From Eubacteriales bacterium (GTDB lineage: Bacteria; Bacillota; Clostridia; Oscillospirales; CAG-272), in contig JBGVJM010000004.1 in assembly GCA_045129415.1 (NCBI GenBank), forward strand, positions 1 through 36,835: 36,835 bases of DNA, given 5' to 3'. The position numbers and the translations under genes are program-made. Under the pieces are notes generated by a model. That model was not told the origin of the DNA, did no database searches, and saw only the letters and a list, made by a program, of their open reading frames with translations. Positions 25,613-33,694 of this stretch are shown one piece after another; within the stretch, counting starts at the first letter, position 1, and the number at the start of each line of letters is the position of its first letter.

Positions 25613-27409
25613 TTGATATTTGGAAGACATATCAACAGGTACTATTTGAAATATTCCCCCATGCTGCTTTTCGGCGTTTTGGCTCTTTTATTGGTCGATT
25701 ATATGCAGCTGGTAATACCCGAGCTTTATCAGTTAGTCATTAACGGAGTTTCAGACGGTTACGTTTTGATAGACGGCGCACCCGTAGAGTTTACAATGGA
25801 CTTTGTGCTTACAAGGATTTGTTCGCCCATGCTCTTCGTTGTGCTTTGCATGATATTCGGACGCTTCTTGTGGCGCATTTGCTTCTTTGGTGCGGGAATA
25901 CGAGTTGAATCCGACCTTCGCAGCCGCATGTTCGATCACTGCAAGGACCTCTCTCAGCAATATTATCAGGTCAACAAGGTTGGAAACCTTATGTCTTTCT
26001 TTACCAACGACCTCGACACCGTTCAGGAATGCTTTGGCTGGGGCGTTATGATGTTCTTTGACGCGGCGGTGCTTGGCGTTATGGCTATCGTAAAGATGGC
26101 TCAGATGAACATATATCTTACCCTGCTTTGCCTTATCCCCATGTCGCTTTTGCTTGTCGCATCTCTCGTTGTGGGCAAGTACATGACTATAAAGTGGGAC
26201 AAGCGTCAGGCGGCGTTCTCCTCTCTTTCCGACTTTGCGCAGGAAAACTTTGCGGGAATCGCGGTTATCAAGGCTTTCGTAAAAGAGGCTCACGAGCTTT
26301 TGGAATTCAAAAAGCTGAGCAAAAACAACGAGGAGACCAACGTTGACTATACCAAGCTCTCCATGTTTTTGCACGTTTGCCTTACCCTCTTTATCGAGGC
26401 GGTTATTTGTGTAATTATCGGCTACGGCGGATATCTCGTTTACTCGGAGACCTTCAACGCGGGCAAGCTTGTTGAGTTTATCGGATATTTCAACGTGGTC
26501 CTTTGGCCCATCATGGCAGTCAGCGAGCTTATCGGTATGCATGCGCAGGGCAAGGCTTCTCTTGACCGTATCAGCGAGCTTCTCGATGCAAAAATAGACG
26601 TTTGCGATGCCGGCGACGTTGAGATTCCCGACAACATCGAGGGAAATATCGAATTTCGCAATCTTACGTTCAGCTATCCCGGTGAAAACCGCACCGACGT
26701 GCTTCAAAACGTATCCTTTAAGATAAACGCGGGCGAAAACGTTGGCATAATCGGTCGCACGGGCTCGGGTAAGACAACGCTCGTTGACCTCATTCTCCGC
26801 ACCTATAACGTTCCCGACGGAACGCTGTTCATAGACGGCAAGGATATAAACTCCATATCCATAAAATCGGTACGCGCCGCGGCGGCATACGTGCCTCAGG
26901 ACAACTTTTTGTTCTCCGACACCATTGAAAACAACATTGCCTTTGCATCCGACGATACGGCTCACGAGCACGTTGAGCATGCGGCAAAAATGGCGGACGT
27001 TCACGACAACATCGTGGACTTCCCGCTGCAATACAACAGCGTTCTTGGCGAGCGCGGAGTAACGGTTTCGGGCGGTCAGAAGCAGCGCATATCCATAGCG
27101 CGTGCGCTTATGAAAAACGCTCCCATTCTCATTCTCGACGACTCGGTTTCGGCGGTTGACGTTAAGACCGAAAAGGCAATACTTAAAAACCTTCGCGACA
27201 TGAGACAGGGCAAGACCACCATTCTTATCGCACACCGTATCAGTACGATTGAGGGCATGGACAAGATAATCTTTATCGACAAGGGACTTGTAGTCGACGT
27301 GGGAACACACCTTGAGCTGTATTCCCGTTGCCCCGATTACAAAAACATGGTCGATCTCCAAAAGCTCGACGATTCTGGCCTTTCAGAGGAGGTGAAGGAA
27401 AATGCATGA
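25613..27409 (+). CDS. ABC exporter half-transporter (TMD-NBD), subunit with the degenerate Walker B
   Basis: 598 aa. TTG start with RBS GGGGGTG. Walker A GRTGSGKTT, signature VSGGQKQR, Walker B ILILDDS (Asp in place of the catalytic Glu), H-loop IAHR. Confidence 0.9.
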   Translation: MIFGRHINRYYLKYSPMLLFGVLALLLVDYMQLVIPELYQLVINGVSDGYVLIDGAPVEFTMDFVLTRICSPMLFVVLCMIFGRFLWRICFFGAGIRVESDLRSRMFDHCKDLSQQYYQVNKVGNLMSFFTNDLDTVQECFGWGVMMFFDAAVLGVMAIVKMAQMNIYLTLLCLIPMSLLLVASLVVGKYMTIKWDKRQAAFSSLSDFAQENFAGIAVIKAFVKEAHELLEFKKLSKNNEETNVDYTKLSMFLHVCLTLFIEAVICVIIGYGGYLVYSETFNAGKLVEFIGYFNVVLWPIMAVSELIGMHAQGKASLDRISELLDAKIDVCDAGDVEIPDNIEGNIEFRNLTFSYPGENRTDVLQNVSFKINAGENVGIIGRTGSGKTTLVDLILRTYNVPDGTLFIDGKDINSISIKSVRAAAAYVPQDNFLFSDTIENNIAFASDDTAHEHVEHAAKMADVHDNIVDFPLQYNSVLGERGVTVSGGQKQRISIARALMKNAPILILDDSVSAVDVKTEKAILKNLRDMRQGKTTILIAHRISTIEGMDKIIFIDKGLVVDVGTHLELYSRCPDYKNMVDLQKLDDSGLSEEVKENA

Positions 27410-29294
27410 GTTCTTTCCTCTTTTGATAGTTGGAGCTATCATCGGTGTTTTCGCCGCAATATTCCTCTTTGCCTACATCTTTATGAAGGACAAAAAGGAG
27501 GCCATCGGCTTTGACCGTAACATGAAGGATTCCGAGATAATCCGTCGGCTTATGAAATACGCAAAGCCCTACACAAAGCATTTCGTGCTTGTATTGGTGC
27601 TTATGATATTCTCCATAGCGCACGAGATAATCTCTCCTCTTATCATCGGAGACCTTATCAACACCGTTGGCGGAGACGGCGGATTCACGCTTCCCTATCT
27701 TTACAGCACCATTGCTATCTATGCCGCTATCTTGGTGGTGTCTCTTATATGCTCATATATTCAGGCGCTCATTTTGCAAAAGGTAGGTCAGCGCATAGTT
27801 TCAAGCATCCGCGAGGACCTTTTTGATCACATTCAAAATCTTTCCCACAATCAGCTTCACAAAATACCCGTCGGTACGCTTGTAACGCGCGTTACCAACG
27901 ATACAAATGCTATTTCCATCACGTTTACCAATATAATGGTAAACCTTGTAAAGAACTGCTTTATCATTATAGGCGTGCTTGGCGCAATGCTCGCGCTCAA
28001 CTACATGCTGACGTTAATGATACTTTGCTTCGTTCCCTTCGTAGTCCTCTTTACCTTCGTGTTCCGCAAGTTCTCGCGCCGCGCTCACCGCAAGGTCAAG
28101 GACGGAACAACGGATATCAACATCTTCCTCTCTGAAAACCTTTCGGGCATGAAGATAATCCAGATATTCAACCGCGAGGAAAGAAAGAAGGCGGAATTTG
28201 AGGAAAAGAACCAAAAGCTTCGCCGCGCGAAGATGGGACAGATATTCGTGTTCGGTATATTCAGACCTATGGTCTATATGCTCTACATCTCGTCCGTGCT
28301 TTGTCTTTTCTACCTCGGCGCGCGCGGATACATCTATAAGACCGAATTTTTAGGTCAGATAATAGATGCGGGCGTTATCGTTTCCTTCTATGCATTCATA
28401 TCCAAGTTCTTCAACCCCATACAAAACCTCGCCGAGCAGTTTAACCGCTTGCAGGCGACCTTTGCCTCGGCGGAAAAGATATACAAGATCTTTGACATCG
28501 TTCCCGAGGTGGTGGACGAGCCCGACGCTATCGAGCTTGATCACATTGAAGGCAACATTGAGTTTAAGAACGTATGGTTCTACTACGTTGAAAACGAGTG
28601 GGTGTTAAAGGACGTTTCCTTCAAGGTAAACGCAGGCGACACGGTTGCTTTCGTTGGATCAACGGGATCGGGTAAGACCACCATTCTTTCGCTTATATGC
28701 CGAAACTACGACATACAAAAGGGCCAGATCCTTATCGACGGCATCGATATCAAGAAAATAAAGATATCCTCCCTGCGCCGCCATTTCGGTCAGATGCTTC
28801 AGGACGTATTCCTCTTCTCGGGAACTATCAAGTCCAATATAACTCTCGGACTTGAAAACGTCAGCGACGACGAGGTGTTGGCAGCCTGCCGTTACGTTAA
28901 TGCCGATAAATTCATTGCGCGACTCCCCGACGGACTTGAGGAGCCCGTTCGCGAGAGAGGTAACAACTTCTCCGCAGGACAACGACAGCTCATAAGCTTT
29001 GCAAGAACCATTATCCACAAGCCCACCGTTATGATCCTCGATGAGGCGACCGCCAACATCGACACCGAGACCGAGGTGCTTATTCAGGATTCGCTTGAGC
29101 GAATGATGAATATAGGCACGATGCTTATGGTTGCTCACAGACTTTCAACCATACAGCACGCCGACAACATCATTGTTCTCTCACACGGAGAGATAATCGA
29201 GCAGGGCTCACACAACGAGCTTCTCAAAAACAAGGGTAACTATTACAGGCTCTTTACCCTTCAATACAACAAAGAGCTTTTGGAAAAACAATAA
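27402..29294 (+). CDS. ABC exporter half-transporter (TMD-NBD), subunit with the canonical Walker B
   Basis: 630 aa. RBS GAGGAGGTG. The ATG overlaps the upstream stop by 8 nt. Walker A GSTGSGKTT, deviant signature FSAGQRQL, Walker B MILDEAT, H-loop VAHR. An extra N-terminal TM helix precedes the usual start region. Confidence 0.9.
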   Translation: MHEFFPLLIVGAIIGVFAAIFLFAYIFMKDKKEAIGFDRNMKDSEIIRRLMKYAKPYTKHFVLVLVLMIFSIAHEIISPLIIGDLINTVGGDGGFTLPYLYSTIAIYAAILVVSLICSYIQALILQKVGQRIVSSIREDLFDHIQNLSHNQLHKIPVGTLVTRVTNDTNAISITFTNIMVNLVKNCFIIIGVLGAMLALNYMLTLMILCFVPFVVLFTFVFRKFSRRAHRKVKDGTTDINIFLSENLSGMKIIQIFNREERKKAEFEEKNQKLRRAKMGQIFVFGIFRPMVYMLYISSVLCLFYLGARGYIYKTEFLGQIIDAGVIVSFYAFISKFFNPIQNLAEQFNRLQATFASAEKIYKIFDIVPEVVDEPDAIELDHIEGNIEFKNVWFYYVENEWVLKDVSFKVNAGDTVAFVGSTGSGKTTILSLICRNYDIQKGQILIDGIDIKKIKISSLRRHFGQMLQDVFLFSGTIKSNITLGLENVSDDEVLAACRYVNADKFIARLPDGLEEPVRERGNNFSAGQRQLISFARTIIHKPTVMILDEATANIDTETEVLIQDSLERMMNIGTMLMVAHRLSTIQHADNIIVLSHGEIIEQGSHNELLKNKGNYYRLFTLQYNKELLEKQ

Positions 29295-29307
29295 AACAAA
29301 ATGCAAG

Positions 29308-29335
29308 GCAGCCCCATTTTGCGGGCTGCTTTGTT
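29308..29335 (+). terminator. Weak intrinsic terminator
   Basis: GCAGCCC / GGGCTGC stem (8-nt loop) followed by TTTGTT. Confidence 0.45.
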
Positions 29336-29349
29336 CGGGAAATTTAAAA

Positions 29350-30771
29350 ATGCAAACAACCTCAATAAACCACAAAAAACTTCCCATACAGCTATGGGAC
29401 GGAACCTTTTGGCGCACGATGCTTGCGCTGGCAATACCCATAGCCCTGCAAAACATGCTGACGGCGTCATTCTCCCTTGTGGATACGCTTATGGTTGGAC
29501 AGCTCGGCACGATAGCTCTCTCGTCGGTCGGAATGGCAGGTCAATGGAGCTGGCTTTTAAATATGATGCTGTTCGGAATATGCTCGGGCGCATCCGTCTT
29601 CGTTTCTCAGTATTGGGGAAACAAAAATACTGACGGAATACAGCGAACGCTGGGAATAACCACCGTTTCCTGTCTCGCGCTTTCCTTGATATTCGCACTG
29701 ATAGCCGCCATATTCCCAAAAGAAGTTATCTACATCTTCAATAAAGACCCCGAGGTAATAAAATGCGGTGCGGAATATCTCCGCATTGCCGCAATATCCT
29801 ATCCCGCCATTGCGCTAACCAGTGTATTTTGTACGGTTTTGCGCTCGGTCGAGCGTCCTTGGCTCCCCATGGTAGCCTCGGGAATATCCACCGTCACAAA
29901 CGCCGTTATGAACTACGTTCTGATATTCCCTGCGGGACTCGGAGTGTCCGGTGCGGCTATTGCCACCTGCATTTCCTCATGGCTTGGACTTTTGATAGTT
30001 GTAGTGGTTTCTCTTATTCAAAGAAACATACTCATAGCGCCAATACGCAAGCTTTTTGATCTCGACCGCGCATTTTTGCGAGAGCTTGTGCGCAAGGCTT
30101 TCCCCGTTGTAGCCAATGAAACGATGTGGGGACTTGGTACGGTATGCTATAACGTTATCTTTTCCAATATGGGATACGAGCAATACGCCGCCATCACCAT
30201 AGTCCGCACCTTTGAAAACATAACCTTTTGCTTCTTTATCGGTCTTTGCAACGCCTGCTGTGTAATGGTAGGCAAGTCGATAGGCTCGGGCGAGATACGC
30301 GAGGCGATACGCGATTCAAAGCGTTTCAATATACTCATGCCGACAATGTCCTTTATAATCGGAGCCTTGGTTATCCTTTTGCGTTCTCCCCTGGTTTCCA
30401 TCTTCAATCTCGGTCAAAAGGTTTCTCCGGAAACGCTTGCCATTGCCGAAAGCATCCTTATAATATACGGCCTGTGGGTTGCATTCCGAAACGTTGGATA
30501 TATTCTTATCGTTGGAATATTCCGTTCCGGCGGTGACACCGCAACGGGAATGAAATGGGAAATGCCGATACTTTGGTTCTTTGCCATACCCGTAACCTAT
30601 ATCGCAGCTTACGTTTTGCACCTGCCCTTCCTCGCCGTTTACGTTATTATGTATCTTTGCGAGGACGTACCGAAAATAATAGTTTTCACCCGACACTACA
30701 TTTTGGGTAAATGGATAAAGCCCGTAACGCCGGACGGTGTACGTGGACTTGAACAATTCAAGCTGCCCTGA
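29350..30771 (+). CDS. MATE family efflux transporter
   Basis: 473 aa and 12 TM helices. The N-terminal WRTMLALAIPIALQNMLTASFSLVDTLMVGQLG is the classic MATE start. Confidence 0.9.
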   Translation: MQTTSINHKKLPIQLWDGTFWRTMLALAIPIALQNMLTASFSLVDTLMVGQLGTIALSSVGMAGQWSWLLNMMLFGICSGASVFVSQYWGNKNTDGIQRTLGITTVSCLALSLIFALIAAIFPKEVIYIFNKDPEVIKCGAEYLRIAAISYPAIALTSVFCTVLRSVERPWLPMVASGISTVTNAVMNYVLIFPAGLGVSGAAIATCISSWLGLLIVVVVSLIQRNILIAPIRKLFDLDRAFLRELVRKAFPVVANETMWGLGTVCYNVIFSNMGYEQYAAITIVRTFENITFCFFIGLCNACCVMVGKSIGSGEIREAIRDSKRFNILMPTMSFIIGALVILLRSPLVSIFNLGQKVSPETLAIAESILIIYGLWVAFRNVGYILIVGIFRSGGDTATGMKWEMPILWFFAIPVTYIAAYVLHLPFLAVYVIMYLCEDVPKIIVFTRHYILGKWIKPVTPDGVRGLEQFKLP

Positions 30772-30780
30772 TGAATAAAA

Positions 30781-30840
30781 ATATCCTTTCTTGGTAAAAA
30801 TACTTTTGTCCCACAAAAAGCCAAGAAAGGATATTTTTTA
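30781..30840 (+). terminator. Long hairpin plus T-run after the MATE gene
   Basis: Perfect 14-bp arms ATATCCTTTCTTGG (30781-30794) / CCAAGAAAGGATAT (30821-30834). A further pairable inner segment follows, then TTTTTT. Confidence 0.6.
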
Positions 30841-30974
30841 TGAACGAAAACAAAACTAATCAAAAGACAAATTCCAAGAACCAGTCGGGTAACAACTCTC
30901 AGAACAATTCCAAGAATCAGTCACAGAACAATTCCAAGAATCAGTCGGGAAATTCCAAGAACAGCACAAGATAA
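30840..30974 (+). CDS. Candidate 44-aa Asn/Ser/Lys/Gln-rich repeat micro-protein
   Basis: Hand translation: MNENKTNQKTNSKNQSGNNSQNNSKNQSQNNSKNQSGNSKNSTR. AAAGGA lies 8 nt upstream of the ATG but inside the 3' arm of the preceding hairpin. The DNA repeats are all in frame. No clear promoter. Confidence 0.35.
   Translation: MNENKTNQKTNSKNQSGNNSQNNSKNQSQNNSKNQSGNSKNSTR
30870..30961 (+). repeat. Four imperfect direct repeats sharing the 11-nt core AATTCCAAGAA (copies 1-3 extend to AATTCCAAGAAYCAGTC)
   Basis: The shared 11-nt core starts at 30870, 30906, 30930 and 30951, giving spacings of 36, 24 and 21 nt. All are multiples of 3. Confidence 0.8.
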
Positions 30975-30978
30975 CAAA

Positions 30979-31010
30979 AGGCGCGGACGAACGTCCGCGC
31001 CTCTGATTTT
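30979..31010. terminator. Bidirectional intrinsic terminator
   Basis: AGGCGCGGACG / CGTCCGCGCCT 11-bp stem with T-rich sequence on both strands' downstream sides. Confidence 0.7.
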
Positions 31011-32098
31011 TACAGCTGAGACAGCCCGTTAATCGTTATTCCCAAGATTATAGGCACTATACTGCAGCCCATAACTATTATGTCGCTCTTTTTTATCTTG
31101 AAGCTTCTGCGATATATGATATATCCCACAAGCATCATTATATACACCATGACAAGAAGCGTGTCAAAGCTATCATTCAGCGCAAACAAGAATATAAGCG
31201 AATATCCGTAAGTAGGAATAAGAGTTTTATATCCAAACCAGGAGTTTGAGGGCTCGCCCGCAAGGTGCGCTCCCTTGCGCTCAAAGCTGAATATAAAGCC
31301 TATTGCCGCGCCGAGTCCCACAACCGTCCAAACTACGAACATATACCATAGATTCAAATATTCGTATGCGTTCGTCGTTTCAAAGATATATGGAATACGG
31401 TGTCGGTTTACCTCGATAAGCTCGCGGAATATTTCGGTAAGTCGGCTTATGGGCATATATACTACGCTCCACTCGGCGTGGTCCATTATGCCGTAATACA
31501 CGTCTCTGGAATAGTGGTTAAGAATATCGGGATCCCATAATATCATTCTGCAGCATTCCGCAAATACCCACATTGTCACATATACCACCCCGGACCACAA
31601 CACACAAATTATGATTCCGTCCACGACCGTATTGCCCTGATGGAAGAAAAAGCAAAAGAAGGAATACATTGCAAATCCAACCACCAAAGACAAAAGGTAA
31701 TACAGCGGCATATATTCAAGCAAAAAGCAATCCGCCGTTGTGACAAGGCACACGTAGTGCGCAATAAAGGTTACGGTGTATATTGCAACTATCTGAGCAA
31801 ATCCGCTCAAAAAATGCACCAGCGCCATTTTCTTGCGCTCTATCGGGAAAAAGAACAGGGTGTCAAGATTGCGCCTGTTTTTGAACTCGGAAAGCTCAAG
31901 AACGGGGATCACCGTACAAAGTATACCCAAAACCGTTGCAAGAAAGGCGATGTCGGTCCTTTTCCACTGATCTCCCTCTATCCTGAGGCTATTGGGAACG
32001 GTTATCAGACACATAAGCACCGCTATGGCAGTGAAAATAACGGTACGCCAAATGTTTTTCTTTAAGTCATACCAAAGATATCTTGCAGTCGTCTTCAT
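31010..32098 (-). CDS. Polytopic membrane protein, putative permease partner of the adjacent ABC ATPase
   Basis: 362 aa with multiple TM helices. A 4-nt ATGA overlap with the upstream ATPase gene implies translational coupling. No recognisable motif. AT-rich codon usage. Confidence 0.55.
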   Translation of the reverse strand: MKTTARYLWYDLKKNIWRTVIFTAIAVLMCLITVPNSLRIEGDQWKRTDIAFLATVLGILCTVIPVLELSEFKNRRNLDTLFFFPIERKKMALVHFLSGFAQIVAIYTVTFIAHYVCLVTTADCFLLEYMPLYYLLSLVVGFAMYSFFCFFFHQGNTVVDGIIICVLWSGVVYVTMWVFAECCRMILWDPDILNHYSRDVYYGIMDHAEWSVVYMPISRLTEIFRELIEVNRHRIPYIFETTNAYEYLNLWYMFVVWTVVGLGAAIGFIFSFERKGAHLAGEPSNSWFGYKTLIPTYGYSLIFLFALNDSFDTLLVMVYIMMLVGYIIYRRSFKIKKSDIIVMGCSIVPIILGITINGLSQL

Positions 32099-32976
32099 TT
32101 AAGATACCCCCTTCCCTCAACTTCTCTTATGAACAGCTCCTCAAAGTCCATTTCCATCTCTTCCATAACGGCAGGCTTTAATGCCTCAAGCCTTGCTCTC
32201 GCCGTCTCCGCGCTCTCGCGCATGACGACACGTACAAAGCGACCGCTCTTTTCAACAGATACGGCTCCGAGTGAGTCAAGCGCCACGTCGTCAACGACCT
32301 CGGCAAAGGCGAGCTGGAATTTACAAAAGCTGTTTACTCTCTCGGATATGTCGCCCGAGGAAACGATGGTTTTTTGGTCTATTAATGCATAGCAATCGCA
32401 AAAATCCTCAAGCTCGCGCAAGGAGTGGCTGGATATGAGCACGCTCATGCCGTCATTTTCCACCGCCTCGTTTATAGCGCGCTTAAAGGATAGACGGGCA
32501 AGCGGATCAAGTCCGTCAAACGCCTCGTCAAGCAACAGATACTTGGGCTTTACCGCAAGTGCCAACGCGACGAAGAGCTGTCTTCTCATTCCCTTTGAGA
32601 AGTTGCGTATGGGCTTGTTTTCGTCAAGACCGAATCCCAATAAATGCTTTTTGTAAACCTCAAGGTCAAATTCGGGATAGAATACGCTATACATCTTGCG
32701 CAACGACTTTCCCGTGGTGTGCGTGGTAAAGTACGGATCGTCGGGCAAGAAGAAAAGCTTTTTTCTTGCCTTTTCATCCTGCGTTGTCACTCCGTCACAA
32801 AGCACCACGCCCGCGTCCGCACGGTAAACTCCCGAAATGAGACGGAGCAACGTTGTTTTGCCGGCACCGTTTATGCCGACAAGTCCCATTACGCTTGCTT
32901 CATTCAAGGTAAGATCGATGCCGTCCAAAATGCTTTTTCCGCCAAGACTCAGCTTAATTCCTTTGATCTCAATCAT
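32095..32976 (-). CDS. ABC transporter ATP-binding protein
   Basis: 293 aa. Walker A GINGAGKTT, signature-like FSKGMRRQL, Walker B LLLDEAFDGLD, H-loop SSH. Confidence 0.9.
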   Translation of the reverse strand: MIEIKGIKLSLGGKSILDGIDLTLNEASVMGLVGINGAGKTTLLRLISGVYRADAGVVLCDGVTTQDEKARKKLFFLPDDPYFTTHTTGKSLRKMYSVFYPEFDLEVYKKHLLGFGLDENKPIRNFSKGMRRQLFVALALAVKPKYLLLDEAFDGLDPLARLSFKRAINEAVENDGMSVLISSHSLRELEDFCDCYALIDQKTIVSSGDISERVNSFCKFQLAFAEVVDDVALDSLGAVSVEKSGRFVRVVMRESAETARARLEALKPAVMEEMEMDFEELFIREVEGRGYLK

Positions 32977-33316
32977 TCGCGTACACCTCCTCTATAAGCG
33001 CCAAAAGCGCCTCGCGACTGATACCGCTTTGCTTTATAGCCAAAAGCATCTCGCGCTGCTCGTCATTTTTGGGCGAGCCTTCCGCACAAAATATAACGAA
33101 CGCTCCCTTCTTGGGAACGGAGCGGATATATCCCTGCTCCTCAAGTGCCGAATATGCCTTGGCTACCGTGTTGGGATTTACGCCCATCTCCCCCGCCGTC
33201 TCTCTCACGCTCGGCAGCTTCTCGCCCGTTTTGATAACTCCGAGCTTGATATACTGCACGAATCGGTCGGCAACGTCGAGATAAACGTCCCTCTTTCCCG
33301 ATAGATTCTTATACAT
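32969..33316 (-). CDS. GntR family transcriptional regulator (short YtrA-like subfamily)
   Basis: 115 aa. GEKLPSVRETAGEMGVNPNTVAKAYSALEEQGYI winged HTH with a short C-terminal tail. 8-nt overlap with the ATPase gene. Confidence 0.85.
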   Translation of the reverse strand: MYKNLSGKRDVYLDVADRFVQYIKLGVIKTGEKLPSVRETAGEMGVNPNTVAKAYSALEEQGYIRSVPKKGAFVIFCAEGSPKNDEQREMLLAIKQSGISREALLALIEEVYAND

Positions 33317-33340
33317 AGCTTCCTCCGTTTTTGAAGTTAA

Positions 33341-33401
33341 ACTGTACTATCTGTATTAACTGTGTTATCTGTATTATATCACGTCTATTTGAGCTTGTCA
33401 A
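33341..33401 (-). promoter_or_regulatory. Consensus promoter of the GntR operon with a tandem 18-nt direct repeat (candidate operator)
   Basis: Minus strand: TTGACA (33396-33401), 17 nt, TATAAT (33373-33378). Tandem repeats ACTGTACTATCTGTATTA (33341-33358) and ACTGTGTTATCTGTATTA (33359-33376) overlap the -10/+1 region. Confidence 0.55.
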
Positions 33402-33694
33402 CACTTTTAGTTGTCTTTTTTCAACAATACGCAATTTAGGCGGCAAAAATTCTTAATAAAAAACATTTCGGGAATATGCGACGGCAGGCGGCAAAAACTT
33501 GCACGTTTTTGCTTTTTTCTTGTCCCCAAAGCACTTTATTTTGCGAGCTTTGACTCACAGCGACAGTTTTCTCTCTTTTTTTCGCCGCAAAATGTGACCT
33601 TTTGCGCGCGCGACATCAATTATAATCTTAATGGAAAGATTTTACAAAAAGTCCGCCTTGTGCGGCACAAACCGACAAAAAAGAGGATATCAAA

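Noticed and set aside
25751-27361. 536-aa minus-strand ORF covering almost the whole first ABC transporter gene
   Set aside because: It lies in the exact codon-aligned antisense frame of a gene with unmistakable ABC motifs. It has no RBS and its composition is an R/V/L/K-rich mirror of the sense gene. Avoidance of TTA/CTA/TCA codons in the sense gene explains it fully.
30774-30810. Possible forespore-type (sigma-G-like GAATA-N18-xAxAxTA) promoter for the Asn-rich micro-ORF
   Set aside because: The match to the -10 consensus is only partial and the sequence context is A/T-rich, where such matches arise by chance. I do not report it as a feature.
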